Below, piece by piece: positions 1-10,540 of a stretch of 64,000 bases of DNA. Both the position numbers and the translations under genes were made by a program. The stretch spans positions 288,001 through 352,000 of the forward strand of contig CAXWPH010000002.1 in the NCBI GenBank assembly GCA_963666055.2, read 5' to 3'. The DNA comes from Acidobacteriota bacterium (GTDB lineage: Bacteria > Acidobacteriota > UBA890 > WLXD01). Position 1 is the stretch's first letter. Each line of letters begins with the position of its first letter. The notes below the pieces were generated by a model, which had not been told where the DNA came from, did no database searches, and saw nothing but the letters and a program-made list of their open reading frames with translations.

Positions 1-2
1 AT

Positions 3-164
3 CGAGGAAAGGTGTGCATCGTCAGGCGGAACCCCGAGGCGATTTGGTTCGACGGCTACGCTGACCGCGTCATCTATGACGAGGCGGGGCTCTTCGACTA
101 CGTGCGCGTACAGGCCCTTCGGCCGGCTGTGCCTTCCGCAGCCGCCGTAGGTGCCGGTTCCTAA
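3..164 (+). CDS. 3' end of a hypothetical protein (truncated by window edge)
   Basis: Open frame from position 3 (RGKVCIVRRNPEAIWFDGYADRVIYDEAGLFDYVRV...) to TAA at 162-164, with GC-rich third codon positions. Confidence 0.55.
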   Translation, partial: RGKVCIVRRNPEAIWFDGYADRVIYDEAGLFDYVRVQALRPAVPSAAAVGAGS

Positions 165-298
165 CAGGGTGCTGAAGAACTCTGGTGGCCGTAACCTGTA
201 GGGCGCGTGGGGATTGCCGTCGATCTCCGCGTCAGCGCTCCTGGCGCCACCGGCACTGCTTGTCGCGACGATCGTTCACATCGGGACCCTAGCAGACC

Positions 299-1123
299 AT
301 GAACGTCGTGTACGCCGTGCTCATCGGGCTCGCTTCCGGCCTCCATACCTCCACGTGGGGGATGTACAAGGACGCCCCGCACGAGGGCTTCACCTGGCCC
401 AAGTACCTGCGCAGCACGGTGGTCGGTGTGCTGGTGGCGCTGGTGCTGAGCCGTGTGCTGCAGCTCGACCTGACGGTGGCCGCTAACATGGCGGTGTTCT
501 TCGGCGCTACCTACGTCGGCGAGCGCGCCCTGCTGGAGTTTTGGAAGACGTTCCTGCGTGTCGAGGACCAGTCGAAGTACTTCATACCCATGCAGTTTGC
601 TGTCCTCGGCAAGGTGGTGGAGAGCCGCGCAATCCAGCTCAGTGTAGCGGTGGTCTACGCAGCGACCTGCGTGCTCATCGCCTATTCGATCTGGCGTTTC
701 CAGCAGACCGGACCGGGTCTTCATCCGCTGTTTGTGGTAGCCACCATCGGCGCCGCCGGCGGTTGGATCTCCGCCTTCGGCGGTGCCTGGAAGGACGCCC
801 CCAAGGAAGGCTTCGAGACCCTCAAGTTCTTCCGCAGCCCCTTGCTCGCCGCCGCCTGGGCCTGGCTCCTGGCTCATTTCACCGGCAACTACCTGCTGAT
901 CGCCTCCTGCGCTCTCGGCTACACCATCGCCACCACCGAGACCTACAAGACCTTCTTTTTCCCCAGCAAGCCGCGCGGCAAGTTCGCCGGCATGCCGATC
1001 TCGCATCCCGAGTGGCTGCAGCGACGGTATTACTTCGTGCCGCTCTACGTGGCGGTGTGGATCGGCGTCATCGTGACGTTCGTGGCCGGCTTCGCCAGCC
1101 CACACGAGGGTTTGCTCGGGTAG
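299..1123 (+). CDS. Multi-pass membrane protein of unknown function with internal duplication
   Basis: 274 aa with many hydrophobic segments; repeated motif WGMYKDAPHEGF..KYLRS / GGAWKDAPKEGF..KFFRS. Confidence 0.8.
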   Translation: MNVVYAVLIGLASGLHTSTWGMYKDAPHEGFTWPKYLRSTVVGVLVALVLSRVLQLDLTVAANMAVFFGATYVGERALLEFWKTFLRVEDQSKYFIPMQFAVLGKVVESRAIQLSVAVVYAATCVLIAYSIWRFQQTGPGLHPLFVVATIGAAGGWISAFGGAWKDAPKEGFETLKFFRSPLLAAAWAWLLAHFTGNYLLIASCALGYTIATTETYKTFFFPSKPRGKFAGMPISHPEWLQRRYYFVPLYVAVWIGVIVTFVAGFASPHEGLLG

Positions 1124-1244
1124 GGGCGCGGTAAGTTGAGGTTGTAAGCGGCACTCGTTCTTCGGCGGCGTCCAGAGACCGTAAGGCCCGGGATCGCAAC
1201 TGCTCATCGCCCTCAGTCTGCTCCTTCCGCCGGTCGTACAGACC

Positions 1245-3929
1245 TCAGAAATCGTACGACAGGCGTGTGTAGTAGAAGCCGCCGTTGAACCCAAATGGCG
1301 CGGTGCGTCGCGGGTATACGAAGATGCCACCGAACGAGATCTCGTCGCGGTTCTCGTCCGGGAAGGTGTGGAAGATGTTGTTGGCGCCGACCGAGATGTT
1401 GAGCCCTGAGCGTAGCGGGTGGGTGAGCTCCAGGTCGACGATCCACTTGCCGGAGAAGATCTGATCGATTGCCGGGTTGCCGGCGCTCTCCACCGTCTTC
1501 ACCGAGCCGAAGCGGTTGGCGCGTAGCACGGCGGTGATCAGCGGGCTCGTATAACGCGCCGACATCTGGTAGTGGTTGCGCGGCTGAGCGCTCTCGATGC
1601 GCTCGCGCTCGATGCGATTGAACAGCGTTGCTCCGAGTCCGGCCAGGGCGGCGGGCGTGCGCACGTCGCTGACAACGCGGGTGCGGTTCCAGTTCGCCGC
1701 ACCGGTTAGGTGCAGGCTGCCCTCGCGGCCGATCTGGTCAAACCATGCCACCACCAGGTCGGCGCCGATCGTCTCGGTGTCGATAGCGTTGCTGAAGAAC
1801 TGTGCCGCGTTCACCCCGAAGGGTTCCAGGATGGCGCGAATTGCGCCGTCGGCGAATGGCTCCGACTGGAACTGCCCCGAAACGACGATGCGATCCTCGA
1901 TGCCGATGAAGAAGACGTCGCCGGTTATCGACCAGTTCGACACTGGTCGGGCGACGAACCCGAGGCTCAGGTTACGGGCCGTCTCCTCGCGTAACGGGGA
2001 TACGCCGAAGGCGTTGGTCAACTCGCTACCGTTGGCGAAGGTGCCGACCTCGAAGGGCAGCAGATCACCGGTGGTGTCGCTGAAGACGAACTGCGTGCTG
2101 GTGTTGTTGAAGTAGGCTTGGTGCAGCGACGGGGCCCGGAAGCCGCTGCTGACCGAGCCTCGCAGCGCCAGGGTCTCCGATAGCGACCAGCGCGCCGCTA
2201 CCTTGCCGCTCAGGAAAGAGCCGAAGTCACTGTAGTCCTCGAACCGTACCGCCGTGGCGAGCAACAGATCGTCGGACAAGAGGGTCTCCAGGTCCACGTA
2301 CACGCCGACGTTGGTACGCGACTCGTCCACCTCGTTGCTCGGCCGGAAGCCCGGGAACACCTGGATTCCCGGGGCGGCGCGGCTGGCGAACTGATTGGGG
2401 AACCCACCATCGATCCACGAGGCGGTCTCGCCGGCCTCGATCTGATAATTGTCGCGCCGTACCTCGGCGCCGACCGCCAGCTGCACGGGGTGCTGCAGAC
2501 CCCAGTCGACGTCGGTGAAGGCGTCGACGTTGAAGGTCGTCTGGCGAAAGCTGAGTGTGCCGGCGCGCGCCGAGGTCGGGCTGGATGGTCCTATCGACAC
2601 GTTGTTGGAGTTGTTGATGATGAACTCGAAGGAGTTGGATCCGCTGGTGAGGCTGGTGTCGAGGCTCCAGTTGCCAAGCAGCTGCCGATAACCAACCACC
2701 GCCGACAGGTCGTTGACCTCCGTGTTGATGAGCGGCAGGAACCCGTCGGGATGAATCTCCGGGCGCGTACGCGCGTCGAGCGCGCGTCGATAAAAGCCTG
2801 CCGATTCTCCGTTTCGGCCGGAATACCCGCCAAAGAAATAGACCGTGCCGGTGTCGCCGACGCCGGCCTCGGCGTTGGCCCACAGCGTCAGGTTCTCCGA
2901 GTCTGCGTCGCCGTAACGATGGTTGAGACGATCGAAGCTCGCCTCGCGCGGATCCGCGGAACCGCCTTCAAGCGGCAGGTACTGCGGCCGCTGGTCGAGT
3001 CCCGCGCGGTTGGTGTTGCCCCGGTTGCGGTAGTCGCCCGTGAGGTTCAGAAAACCGCGACTGCCGAGCCGCAGCCCATGATTGACCGAGGCCTGAACCA
3101 GCTCACCGTCACTTCGGTACATCTGCCCGAGGTTCAGCTTCACCTGGGTGCCAGACGGGCGCTCCTTGAGGACGATGTTGATTACGCCGGCGATGGCGTC
3201 GGAACCGTACTGCGCCGCGGCACCGTCGCGCAGGATCTCGACGCGCTCGATGGCGGCCGCCGGGATGGTGTTGAGGTCGACGCCAGCGGAGCCACGCCCG
3301 ACCGAGCCGTTGACGTGCACCAGCGCGCTCGTGTGGCGGCGCTTGCCGTTTATCAGCACCAGGGTCTGATCCGGTCCCAGCCCGCGCAGCGTCGACGGTC
3401 GCACGATGTCGGTGCCGTCGCTGATTGTCGAGGTAGAGAAGTTGAACGACGGCGCCAGGAACTGAATCATGCGACTGGTTTCGGACTGTCCGGTGCGCTC
3501 GAGGTCGGCTGCGTCGAGCAGGTCCACGGGCACCGGTGTTTCCAGCACGGTGCGCTCGCCACGCGAGCCGATGACCACGATCTCCTCACCCAGCGTCGGC
3601 CGCAGGGGAAACATCACCACATCGATGCGGAGGCTTTCCCCCGCACCGAGCACAACACGTCTTTCCACCGGCAAGAAGTTTTCCCTTGTAGCACGCAGGG
3701 TGTACACGCCGGGGTCTGCCGACTGGCGGAAGCGACCGTCGGCTGCCGTTTCGATCGACGCCCCGGTCTCGACGATCTCGACCGTCGCGGCCTCGATCGG
3801 CGCTTGCGTGAAGCCGTTCAGAACGCGCCCGTGAACCTCCGCCTGCTGCGCCGCGATCGCCTGGGCCATGGGGCACACCAGCACGACACCGATGAGCGCG
3901 AAGGTTGCTGGCAGCGGACGTCTAAGCAT
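1245..3929 (-). CDS. TonB-dependent outer-membrane receptor
   Basis: Signal peptide, carboxypeptidase-like N-domain, plug motifs (LRGLGPDQTLVLINGKR; IERVEILRDGAAAQYGSDAIAGVINIV), terminal Phe (LSYDF). Confidence 0.95.
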   Translation of the reverse strand: MLRRPLPATFALIGVVLVCPMAQAIAAQQAEVHGRVLNGFTQAPIEAATVEIVETGASIETAADGRFRQSADPGVYTLRATRENFLPVERRVVLGAGESLRIDVVMFPLRPTLGEEIVVIGSRGERTVLETPVPVDLLDAADLERTGQSETSRMIQFLAPSFNFSTSTISDGTDIVRPSTLRGLGPDQTLVLINGKRRHTSALVHVNGSVGRGSAGVDLNTIPAAAIERVEILRDGAAAQYGSDAIAGVINIVLKERPSGTQVKLNLGQMYRSDGELVQASVNHGLRLGSRGFLNLTGDYRNRGNTNRAGLDQRPQYLPLEGGSADPREASFDRLNHRYGDADSENLTLWANAEAGVGDTGTVYFFGGYSGRNGESAGFYRRALDARTRPEIHPDGFLPLINTEVNDLSAVVGYRQLLGNWSLDTSLTSGSNSFEFIINNSNNVSIGPSSPTSARAGTLSFRQTTFNVDAFTDVDWGLQHPVQLAVGAEVRRDNYQIEAGETASWIDGGFPNQFASRAAPGIQVFPGFRPSNEVDESRTNVGVYVDLETLLSDDLLLATAVRFEDYSDFGSFLSGKVAARWSLSETLALRGSVSSGFRAPSLHQAYFNNTSTQFVFSDTTGDLLPFEVGTFANGSELTNAFGVSPLREETARNLSLGFVARPVSNWSITGDVFFIGIEDRIVVSGQFQSEPFADGAIRAILEPFGVNAAQFFSNAIDTETIGADLVVAWFDQIGREGSLHLTGAANWNRTRVVSDVRTPAALAGLGATLFNRIERERIESAQPRNHYQMSARYTSPLITAVLRANRFGSVKTVESAGNPAIDQIFSGKWIVDLELTHPLRSGLNISVGANNIFHTFPDENRDEISFGGIFVYPRRTAPFGFNGGFYYTRLSYDF

Positions 3930-4162
3930 AGCGGGTCTGACTCCTGTATGGGGAAGCAGTCCCGTTCCCCTGAACGATCTGGCCGAGCCTCGTTGGCGGA
4001 GTTTAACAGGGCGCCGAATCGCCGTTCGGTATCAGCCCGACCCGCGCTAGAAGCCGTGTGGTGTCGTCCCGAGGAAGACAGGTGGAGGCGTGCGCCGTAT
4101 GATGCGCTGGACTGCGGCATTCGCTGCGAGGCGCACCAGAGTCCCCGGCCGATTGGTGATCG

Positions 4163-5314
4163 ATGCGTAAGCTCATCCTGCCCGCGCTTGTTGCCCTACT
4201 CGGCCTCGTGCCAGTCGCCGGTGGCGGGGCAGCAGCCCGACAAACGTCGGCCACCGACGCGGCGGCGGAATCCCGCTTCCTCACCCGTATTCGGCGGCTC
4301 ACCTACGATGGGGTGCGCGCCGGCGAGGGCTACTACTCATACGACGGCACCAAGATGGTGCTGCAAAGCGAGCGTCAGGCCGACAATCCGTTCTACCAGA
4401 TCTATCAGCTGGATCTGACCACCGGGGAGACGCAGCGCATCTCGTCCGGCGTGGGTAAGACGACCTGCGCGTTCATCCATCCGGTGACCGGTGAGGTGGA
4501 GTACGCCTCGACGCACCTCGACCCCAACTCCAGGCGCTACCAGCAAGAAGAGTTCGATATGCGCGCCTCCGGGCAGGAGCGCCGCTATGCCTGGGACTAC
4601 GACCCGGCGATGGACATCTTCGTGACCAACCCGGCTACCGGGGAGACACGTCAACTCACCGACGCTCGAGGCTACGATGCCGAGGGCAGTTACTCGCCGG
4701 ACGGCGAGTGGATTATCTTCTCGTCCAACCGCAACGCCTATTCGCGCCAGCTGACCAGCGAAGAAGAGAATCTCCTGGAGGTCGATCCGGCCTACTTCGC
4801 TGACCTGTGGATCATGCGCGCCGACGGCTCGGCGCAGCGCCAGCTGACCGACGTGCCGGGTTACGACGGCGGCCCGTTCTTCTTTCACGACGGCTCGCGC
4901 ATCATCTGGCGACGCTTCCATCCGTCGGGTCTGCTGGCCGACGTCTACTCCGCCAATCCCGACGGCAGCGACGAGCGGCGGCTCACCGACTTCGGCGCCA
5001 TGAGCTGGGCACCCTACGTGCATCCCTCGCGCCGGTACGTATTCTTCGCTTCGAACAAGCTCGGTTTCGACAACTTCGAGGTGTTCATGGTCGATATCGC
5101 CGGCGAGAAGGAGCCCGTTCGGGTGACCTATTCGGACCGCTTCGATGGTTTGCCGGTGCCAGCGCCGGATGGCTCGACGCTGTCATGGACCTCGCAGCGT
5201 CACGGCGAGAAGGGTTCCCAGATCTTCGTCGCACGATGGAGTCACGAGGCGGCGCTGGCAGCGTTGGCGGCGGCGCCGGCCCGGGTGCGCAATTCCGAGG
5301 AAAGCGACCAGTGA
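4163..5314 (+). CDS. TolB-like beta-propeller (PD40/WD40-like repeat) secreted protein
   Basis: Signal peptide; repeats YSPDGEWIIFSSNR, QLTDVPGYDGGPFF, RRLTDFGAMSWAP. Confidence 0.88.
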   Translation: MRKLILPALVALLGLVPVAGGGAAARQTSATDAAAESRFLTRIRRLTYDGVRAGEGYYSYDGTKMVLQSERQADNPFYQIYQLDLTTGETQRISSGVGKTTCAFIHPVTGEVEYASTHLDPNSRRYQQEEFDMRASGQERRYAWDYDPAMDIFVTNPATGETRQLTDARGYDAEGSYSPDGEWIIFSSNRNAYSRQLTSEEENLLEVDPAYFADLWIMRADGSAQRQLTDVPGYDGGPFFFHDGSRIIWRRFHPSGLLADVYSANPDGSDERRLTDFGAMSWAPYVHPSRRYVFFASNKLGFDNFEVFMVDIAGEKEPVRVTYSDRFDGLPVPAPDGSTLSWTSQRHGEKGSQIFVARWSHEAALAALAAAPARVRNSEESDQ

Positions 5315-7146
5315 GGGTCAGTCTCCAATTGTTGGTTCACGCAGTGCTTGTCGTGGTCCTGTCGCTCAGCGGTGCGACGCGGGTGCACGGACAGCAGGCT
5401 ATGAGCGCCTTGCACGGCGCCGACGCCATTCGCCGACACGTCGAGTTTCTCGCATCTGAAGCGCTGGAGGGCCGGCTAACCGGTACGGAAGGGGCAGCGC
5501 GAGCCGCCGACTACCTGATCCAGCAGCTGCAGCAGCTCGGGGCCAAGCCGCTGCCCGGGGCGGCCGCCTATCGCTTGCCGTTCGAATTTACTTCCGGGAT
5601 CAGCGATGCGGGCAGCAGGCTGCGGGTTGCGGAACAGCAGTTCTCGGCCACCGACGGCATGCTGCAGGCGCTCTCGTTGTCGGAGAACGCCACCGTTAGC
5701 GGCGAGTTGGTGTTCGCTGGCTACGGCCTTTCGATTCCCGAGAGCCAGAGCTACCCCTATGACAGCTATTTCGGGCTCGATGTTGCCGACAAGATCGTCG
5801 TCGTGCTGCGTTACATTCCCGAGGACGTCGACCAGGAAACACGGGCGATCCTGTCGCGGTACTCGGGCATGCGTTACAAGGCGCTACAGGCGCGTGAGCT
5901 TGGCGCCAAGGGACTGCTGGTGGTTACCGGGCCGCGCTCTCCGAACGCTGGCGGGCTGGTGAGGATGACCTTCGACACCGCCACGGCCAGCTCCGGCATT
6001 GTTGCCGCGAGCGTCGATGGCAGCGTGACCGCAGCGATCTTCGCGGCCGTCGATCGGAATCTCGAGGAGGTTCAGGCAGAGCTCGATACTGGCAACCCCC
6101 ACGTCGGCGGCTTCGAGCTCGGGGTGGCTGCCGAGCTCAGCGTCAGCGTTCATCGCCAGCGCGGCGAGGGCAACAACGTGGTCGGTTATCTTCCGCATCC
6201 GGCTCGACGGACGGTGTGGATCGTCTGGGTCGTGCTTGGCGCTCACTACGACCACCTTGGTCGCGGCACGGGCGGCAACTCGCTGGCCCGCAAAGATGAG
6301 GCGGGCCAGGTACACAACGGCGCCGACGACAATGCCTCCGGAGTGGCCGCCGTGCTCGCCGCTGGCGCCCGGCTGGCAGGTATGCCACATGCGCGCAATG
6401 TGGCGCTGGCCTTTTGGTCCGGTGAGGAGCTCGGCACCATCGGATCGCTCGATTTCACCCGTGGCGGCGAGTTGTCGATGCAACAGGTCGCGGCCAACCT
6501 CAACTTCGACATGGTGGGTCGCTCACGCGACAACCAGCTGGTGTTGCAGGCGGTTGGTAGCAGCGCCGCGTGGCCGGGCCTCATCGAGCGTAGCAACGTG
6601 GTGGTGGGCTTCGACATCAAGATAGACGACAACCCCTACCTGCCGACGGATTCCAGCTCTTTCAACCAGGCTGGCGTGCCCACGCTGGCATTCTTTACCA
6701 ACGTGCACACCGATTACCACCGTCCCAGCGACGACGCCGCGCTGCTCAACATCGAGGATCTCGCCCGAGTCGCTCACCTCGGTGCGTTGGTGGCCCACAA
6801 GGTCAGCAATTTGGATGTGGCGCCGCAGTTCGTTGCTGTGCAACGGGCTGGCAACGAGCCGCAAGGCAGCCGCGACACCGTGAGAGCGTTCACCGGCACG
6901 ATCCCCGACTACGCCTCGGAAATCGAGGGTTTGCTCCTCGGCGGGGTAATCGAGGGCGGCCCAGCGGAGGAGGCCGGGCTGCGCGCCGGCGACGTGATCA
7001 TCGAGTTCGGTGGCCAGACGATCGCCAACATCTACGACTACACCTACGCTCTCGACGCGGTGAAGATTGGCGAACCACTGGCGATCGTGTTCATGCGCGA
7101 TGGCGAGCGCCGCGAAACCACGATGACGCCGCGGGCGCGCAGCTGA
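5311..7146 (+). CDS. M28-family aminopeptidase with PA and C-terminal PDZ domains
   Basis: GAHYDHLG, NGADDNASG, SGEELG, NFDMVGR and DYHRPSD motifs; PDZ GPAEEAGLRAGDVI; GTG start overlaps the upstream stop. Confidence 0.92.
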   Translation: MRVSLQLLVHAVLVVVLSLSGATRVHGQQAMSALHGADAIRRHVEFLASEALEGRLTGTEGAARAADYLIQQLQQLGAKPLPGAAAYRLPFEFTSGISDAGSRLRVAEQQFSATDGMLQALSLSENATVSGELVFAGYGLSIPESQSYPYDSYFGLDVADKIVVVLRYIPEDVDQETRAILSRYSGMRYKALQARELGAKGLLVVTGPRSPNAGGLVRMTFDTATASSGIVAASVDGSVTAAIFAAVDRNLEEVQAELDTGNPHVGGFELGVAAELSVSVHRQRGEGNNVVGYLPHPARRTVWIVWVVLGAHYDHLGRGTGGNSLARKDEAGQVHNGADDNASGVAAVLAAGARLAGMPHARNVALAFWSGEELGTIGSLDFTRGGELSMQQVAANLNFDMVGRSRDNQLVLQAVGSSAAWPGLIERSNVVVGFDIKIDDNPYLPTDSSSFNQAGVPTLAFFTNVHTDYHRPSDDAALLNIEDLARVAHLGALVAHKVSNLDVAPQFVAVQRAGNEPQGSRDTVRAFTGTIPDYASEIEGLLLGGVIEGGPAEEAGLRAGDVIIEFGGQTIANIYDYTYALDAVKIGEPLAIVFMRDGERRETTMTPRARS

Positions 7147-7194
7147 TTGCTCGCCACACCTCCACCACGGCCTGCCGGCGTAGCGGGCCGGGCG

Positions 7195-8073
7195 CTAATG
7201 CTGTTGCTTGCCGGTCGGCGGCGCTTCCTCGCTGTAGCTCACCACCGTATCGATGATGCCGAGCTCGACGCGCCGGTTGCGGGCACGTGCCGCCTCGCTG
7301 ACGCCTTCGGCAAGAGGCTGCGTCTTGCCGAAGCCCTTGGTGGCGAGGATCTTCCTATCGAGGCCAGCTGCCGCCAGGTAATCGAAGACCGCTTGAGCGC
7401 GCTGTTCCGACAGCGTCTGGTTGTAGGCCAGCGTGCCGACATCGTCGGTGTGGCCAAAGACTTGAATGCGGTAGCCCGTAGAGGTCATCAACACGCCGAC
7501 GATGCGGCTGAGTAGTTCGCGGTCGGCCGGCTTGAGATCGGCCTTGTCGAACTCGAAGTTGATGGTGTCCGCGCCGAGGTTCATGACCAGGCCCAGTGCG
7601 GTGCGCTGCGTGTCGGCGATTTAACCGAGCGCATCTTGCAGACGCGACATCTCTGCATCGCGCCGAGCGCGAATACGGTCGGCTTCGGCGCGTGCTTGCC
7701 GTGCTGCACCCTCCGCCAGCTCGGCACGCTGGTGGGCGAAATCCGCTTCGCTTTCGGCGGCGAGCTGGGCATCTTCGGCGAAGACGCGTGCCTGCGCTTC
7801 ATCGTCAGCGCGCTCCTTGGACTCTCCTACGAGCACCCCGGCGGCGGCCGCGGCCGCCTCAGCTTCCCGGGCGCGAAGCGTCGCTTGGGTAGCCCGCTCG
7901 CGGGCCTCGCCAACATCGTCGCTGAGGGCGGCCATCCGACTCTCCACCTCCCGCATGCGCAGGAAGACAAACACCACGAGGGCCGCCAACAGCACAACGA
8001 GCAGACCGATTGTCCACAGACGCGGAGCCTTTGGTTCCTCTGGGTATTGGTCGTCGTAGGTCTTGTCCGTCAC
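7195..8073 (-). pseudogene. OmpA/MotB-family peptidoglycan-binding membrane protein interrupted by one in-frame stop
   Basis: TM helix and coiled coil, in-frame TAA at 7621-7623, then OmpA domain (FEFDKADL, GHTDDVG, NQTLSEQRA, ARNRRVEL); GTG start with AGGAGG. Confidence 0.85.
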
Positions 8074-8217
8074 GCGCCACCTCCTGTCAGCCGCGTCGCG
8101 CCGCATCCTGAGACCATAAATATACCGCCCACAGTCGTCACCAAGCACGGCGACGTCACGAGTCGCAGTCGACAGTGACCGAGAGAGGCCGCGGGTGGTG
8201 GGACGAGGCGGGGTAAG

Positions 8218-8547
8218 GTGCGAGGCTGGTACCATGGGAAATTCGTCTCCCCGCACGGAACTCTCATGGTTCGACGAACGGTCGTGCTCTCCCCACCCAG
8301 CACGTTCTTTGGCCGCGTCGCCTGGTTGCTAGCTACTGTCGTGGTCGTGGCGCTGGGGTTCTTCCTGCTCACTGCCGGCTTCGTCCTGGCGCTGGGGCTC
8401 GCAGCGGCAACAGCGTTGCGCATCTGGTGGCGCGGGCGGCGCATGCGACAGTATTCCGAGATTCGCTCGGGAGATCTGCTCGAGGTCGAGTACACCGTCG
8501 AGCCCGACAACCCGGTGGTGTTGCGGCGCGGCTCGGGCCGGCGCTGA
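8218..8547 (+). CDS. Small membrane protein, hypothetical
   Basis: Long hydrophobic stretch followed by an EVEYTV-type tail; start uncertain (8218 or 8266). Confidence 0.6.
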   Translation: MRGWYHGKFVSPHGTLMVRRTVVLSPPSTFFGRVAWLLATVVVVALGFFLLTAGFVLALGLAAATALRIWWRGRRMRQYSEIRSGDLLEVEYTVEPDNPVVLRRGSGRR

Positions 8548-8578
8548 GCGCCCTCGCCGATCGATTCGAGTCGCGGAA

Positions 8579-10540
8579 GTGATCTCGATGCGGTGTGTTA
8601 CCACAGGAGCACGCTGGCTCGGCGTCATTGGCTTGCTGATCGGCGCGTTGCCCACGGCGGCGCAGGAGGGCGCGCTGCCGGCTGTCGTACAGGTCGAGGA
8701 CGCGGAGCCCCTAGCGGTGCGCGGCCCGGCCGATCCGGCGCATCTGGAAGCCTTCTTCGACGGCCTCATGGCGGCGCAACTCAAGGATCATCACATCGCC
8801 GGTGCCACCGTGGCCGTGGTGCGCGATGGCGCCGTGCTGCTGGCCAAAGGTTATGGGTTTGCCGACGTCGAGAAGCGCCGTCGGGTGAGCCCCGACACGA
8901 CGTTGTTTCGCATTGGCTCGATCTCCAAGACGTTCGTGTGGACGGCGATCATGCAGCTGGTGCAGCAGGGTCGGATCGATCTCGACACCGATGTCAACGA
9001 ATACCTCACTGATCTGGAGGTGCCGGCCACCTACGACGAGCCGGTGCGCCTGCGGCACCTGATGACCCACACCCCCGGATTCGAGGATCGGGTGATCGGG
9101 CTGTTCGCTCGCGACGAGGCCAGCCTGGCGCCCCTCGAGGTGATCCTCAGACGCGAGCTGCCGGACCGGGTTCGCCCTGCCGGTGACGTGTCCTCGTACT
9201 CCAATCACGGCACTGGTATCGCCGCGCTCATCGTCGAGGAGGTGTCGGGGCTGTCATGGAACGACTACGTCGAGCGGCACATCATCGAACCTCTGGGGAT
9301 GGCCCACACGACGTTCCGACAGCCGTTTCCAGCGGCGCTCGGTGCGGTGATGTCGATGGGCTACAGCTGGAACGGGGCCGACTTCGAGGAGGAGGACTTC
9401 GAGCTTGTCCCGCTGGCACCGGTGGGCGCCGCTGGCGCCACCGCCGCCGACATGGCGCGCTTCATGATTGCCCATCTGCAGCTCGGGATTCTCGACGATG
9501 TCCGCATTCTCGACCAGTCGACGGCGCTGCGGATGCAGGGGGAGCTGTTCCGACACGCCGATCGCATGCATGCGATGGCGCATGGCTTCTACGAGGTGGG
9601 AACGAACGGCGAGCACGCCCTCGGACACGGTGGTGACACGCACTGGTTCCACTCCGACATGGCGCTGCTTCCGGCGTACGGGGTCGGGCTGTTCGTGTCG
9701 TTCAACAGTGCTGGTGGAGCTGGCGTGGCCAGCGACGTGTACCAGGCGTTCATGAACGAGTACTTCCCGGTCGACGATGCGCCTGGGTTGACCGCGCCTG
9801 TCGACTTCGCCGTACGTGGTCGGCGCTTTGCCGGCCGCTACCGGATCAACCGTTACTCTCACAGCACGCTCGCCAAGCTGACCGCCTTGGGGGCAGCGAA
9901 GGTGAGCGTTACCGAGGATGGCGAGGCGCTGGTCACCAGCATCACCGGCGCGACGCGCTGGATCGAGGTGGCGCCGCTGACGTTCCGTGAGGAACACGGT
10001 CAGCGTCTCATTGCCTTCCGTCCGGATGACGATGGCGAGATCACCCACCTGTTCCTCGGATGGGTGCCGGTGGTGGCGCTCGAGCGCATCGGCCTGGCTG
10101 GCAACCCCATGCTGCACGCGGTGATCCTGGTGAGCTCACTGGTGCTCTTCATAGGCGCTGCTTTGCTCTGGCCCGTCGCCGCCGCGCTGCGCAAGAAACA
10201 CCGATACATGCTGCCGCCCCATCGCCGCATTCCCCTGCTGACGAAAAGCACCGGCTGGCTCGGCAGCATGCTGTTTCTGACGTTTGCCGCCATGCTCGCG
10301 GTGCTGTTGAGCGATCCGAACCAGATCGTCTTCGGCGACGCCCCGCTGCTGCCGGTGGCGTTGACCCTGCCTCTACTGGCGATCCCGGTAGTGGCTGCGG
10401 CGATTTACTTCTGTGCCAAGTTGTGGCGCCGGCGAGGAGGCAGCTTCACGGCACGCCTGGTGTACACGTTGCTGACCATCGCCTTCGCTGCCACACTGTG
10501 GCAGTTCTGGTACTGGAACCTGCTCGGCTACCGGTACTGA
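8579..10540 (+). CDS. Serine hydrolase (class C beta-lactamase/PBP-like family) with C-terminal membrane helices
   Basis: SxxK (GSISK), YSN, HGG and LMTHTPGF motifs; about four C-terminal TM segments. Confidence 0.9.
   Translation: MISMRCVTTGARWLGVIGLLIGALPTAAQEGALPAVVQVEDAEPLAVRGPADPAHLEAFFDGLMAAQLKDHHIAGATVAVVRDGAVLLAKGYGFADVEKRRRVSPDTTLFRIGSISKTFVWTAIMQLVQQGRIDLDTDVNEYLTDLEVPATYDEPVRLRHLMTHTPGFEDRVIGLFARDEASLAPLEVILRRELPDRVRPAGDVSSYSNHGTGIAALIVEEVSGLSWNDYVERHIIEPLGMAHTTFRQPFPAALGAVMSMGYSWNGADFEEEDFELVPLAPVGAAGATAADMARFMIAHLQLGILDDVRILDQSTALRMQGELFRHADRMHAMAHGFYEVGTNGEHALGHGGDTHWFHSDMALLPAYGVGLFVSFNSAGGAGVASDVYQAFMNEYFPVDDAPGLTAPVDFAVRGRRFAGRYRINRYSHSTLAKLTALGAAKVSVTEDGEALVTSITGATRWIEVAPLTFREEHGQRLIAFRPDDDGEITHLFLGWVPVVALERIGLAGNPMLHAVILVSSLVLFIGAALLWPVAAALRKKHRYMLPPHRRIPLLTKSTGWLGSMLFLTFAAMLAVLLSDPNQIVFGDAPLLPVALTLPLLAIPVVAAAIYFCAKLWRRRGGSFTARLVYTLLTIAFAATLWQFWYWNLLGYRY

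Noticed and set aside
2490-4418. Long antisense and alternate-frame ORFs (e.g. 2490-4418, 11347-12612, 35899-37482, 43449-44858)
   Set aside because: Shadow ORFs opposite well-supported genes, expected at high GC.
7621-7623. Programmed readthrough or recoding in the OmpA-like gene
   Set aside because: The stop is TAA rather than TGA/TAG and similar lesions are common in this window, so mutation or sequencing error is simpler.
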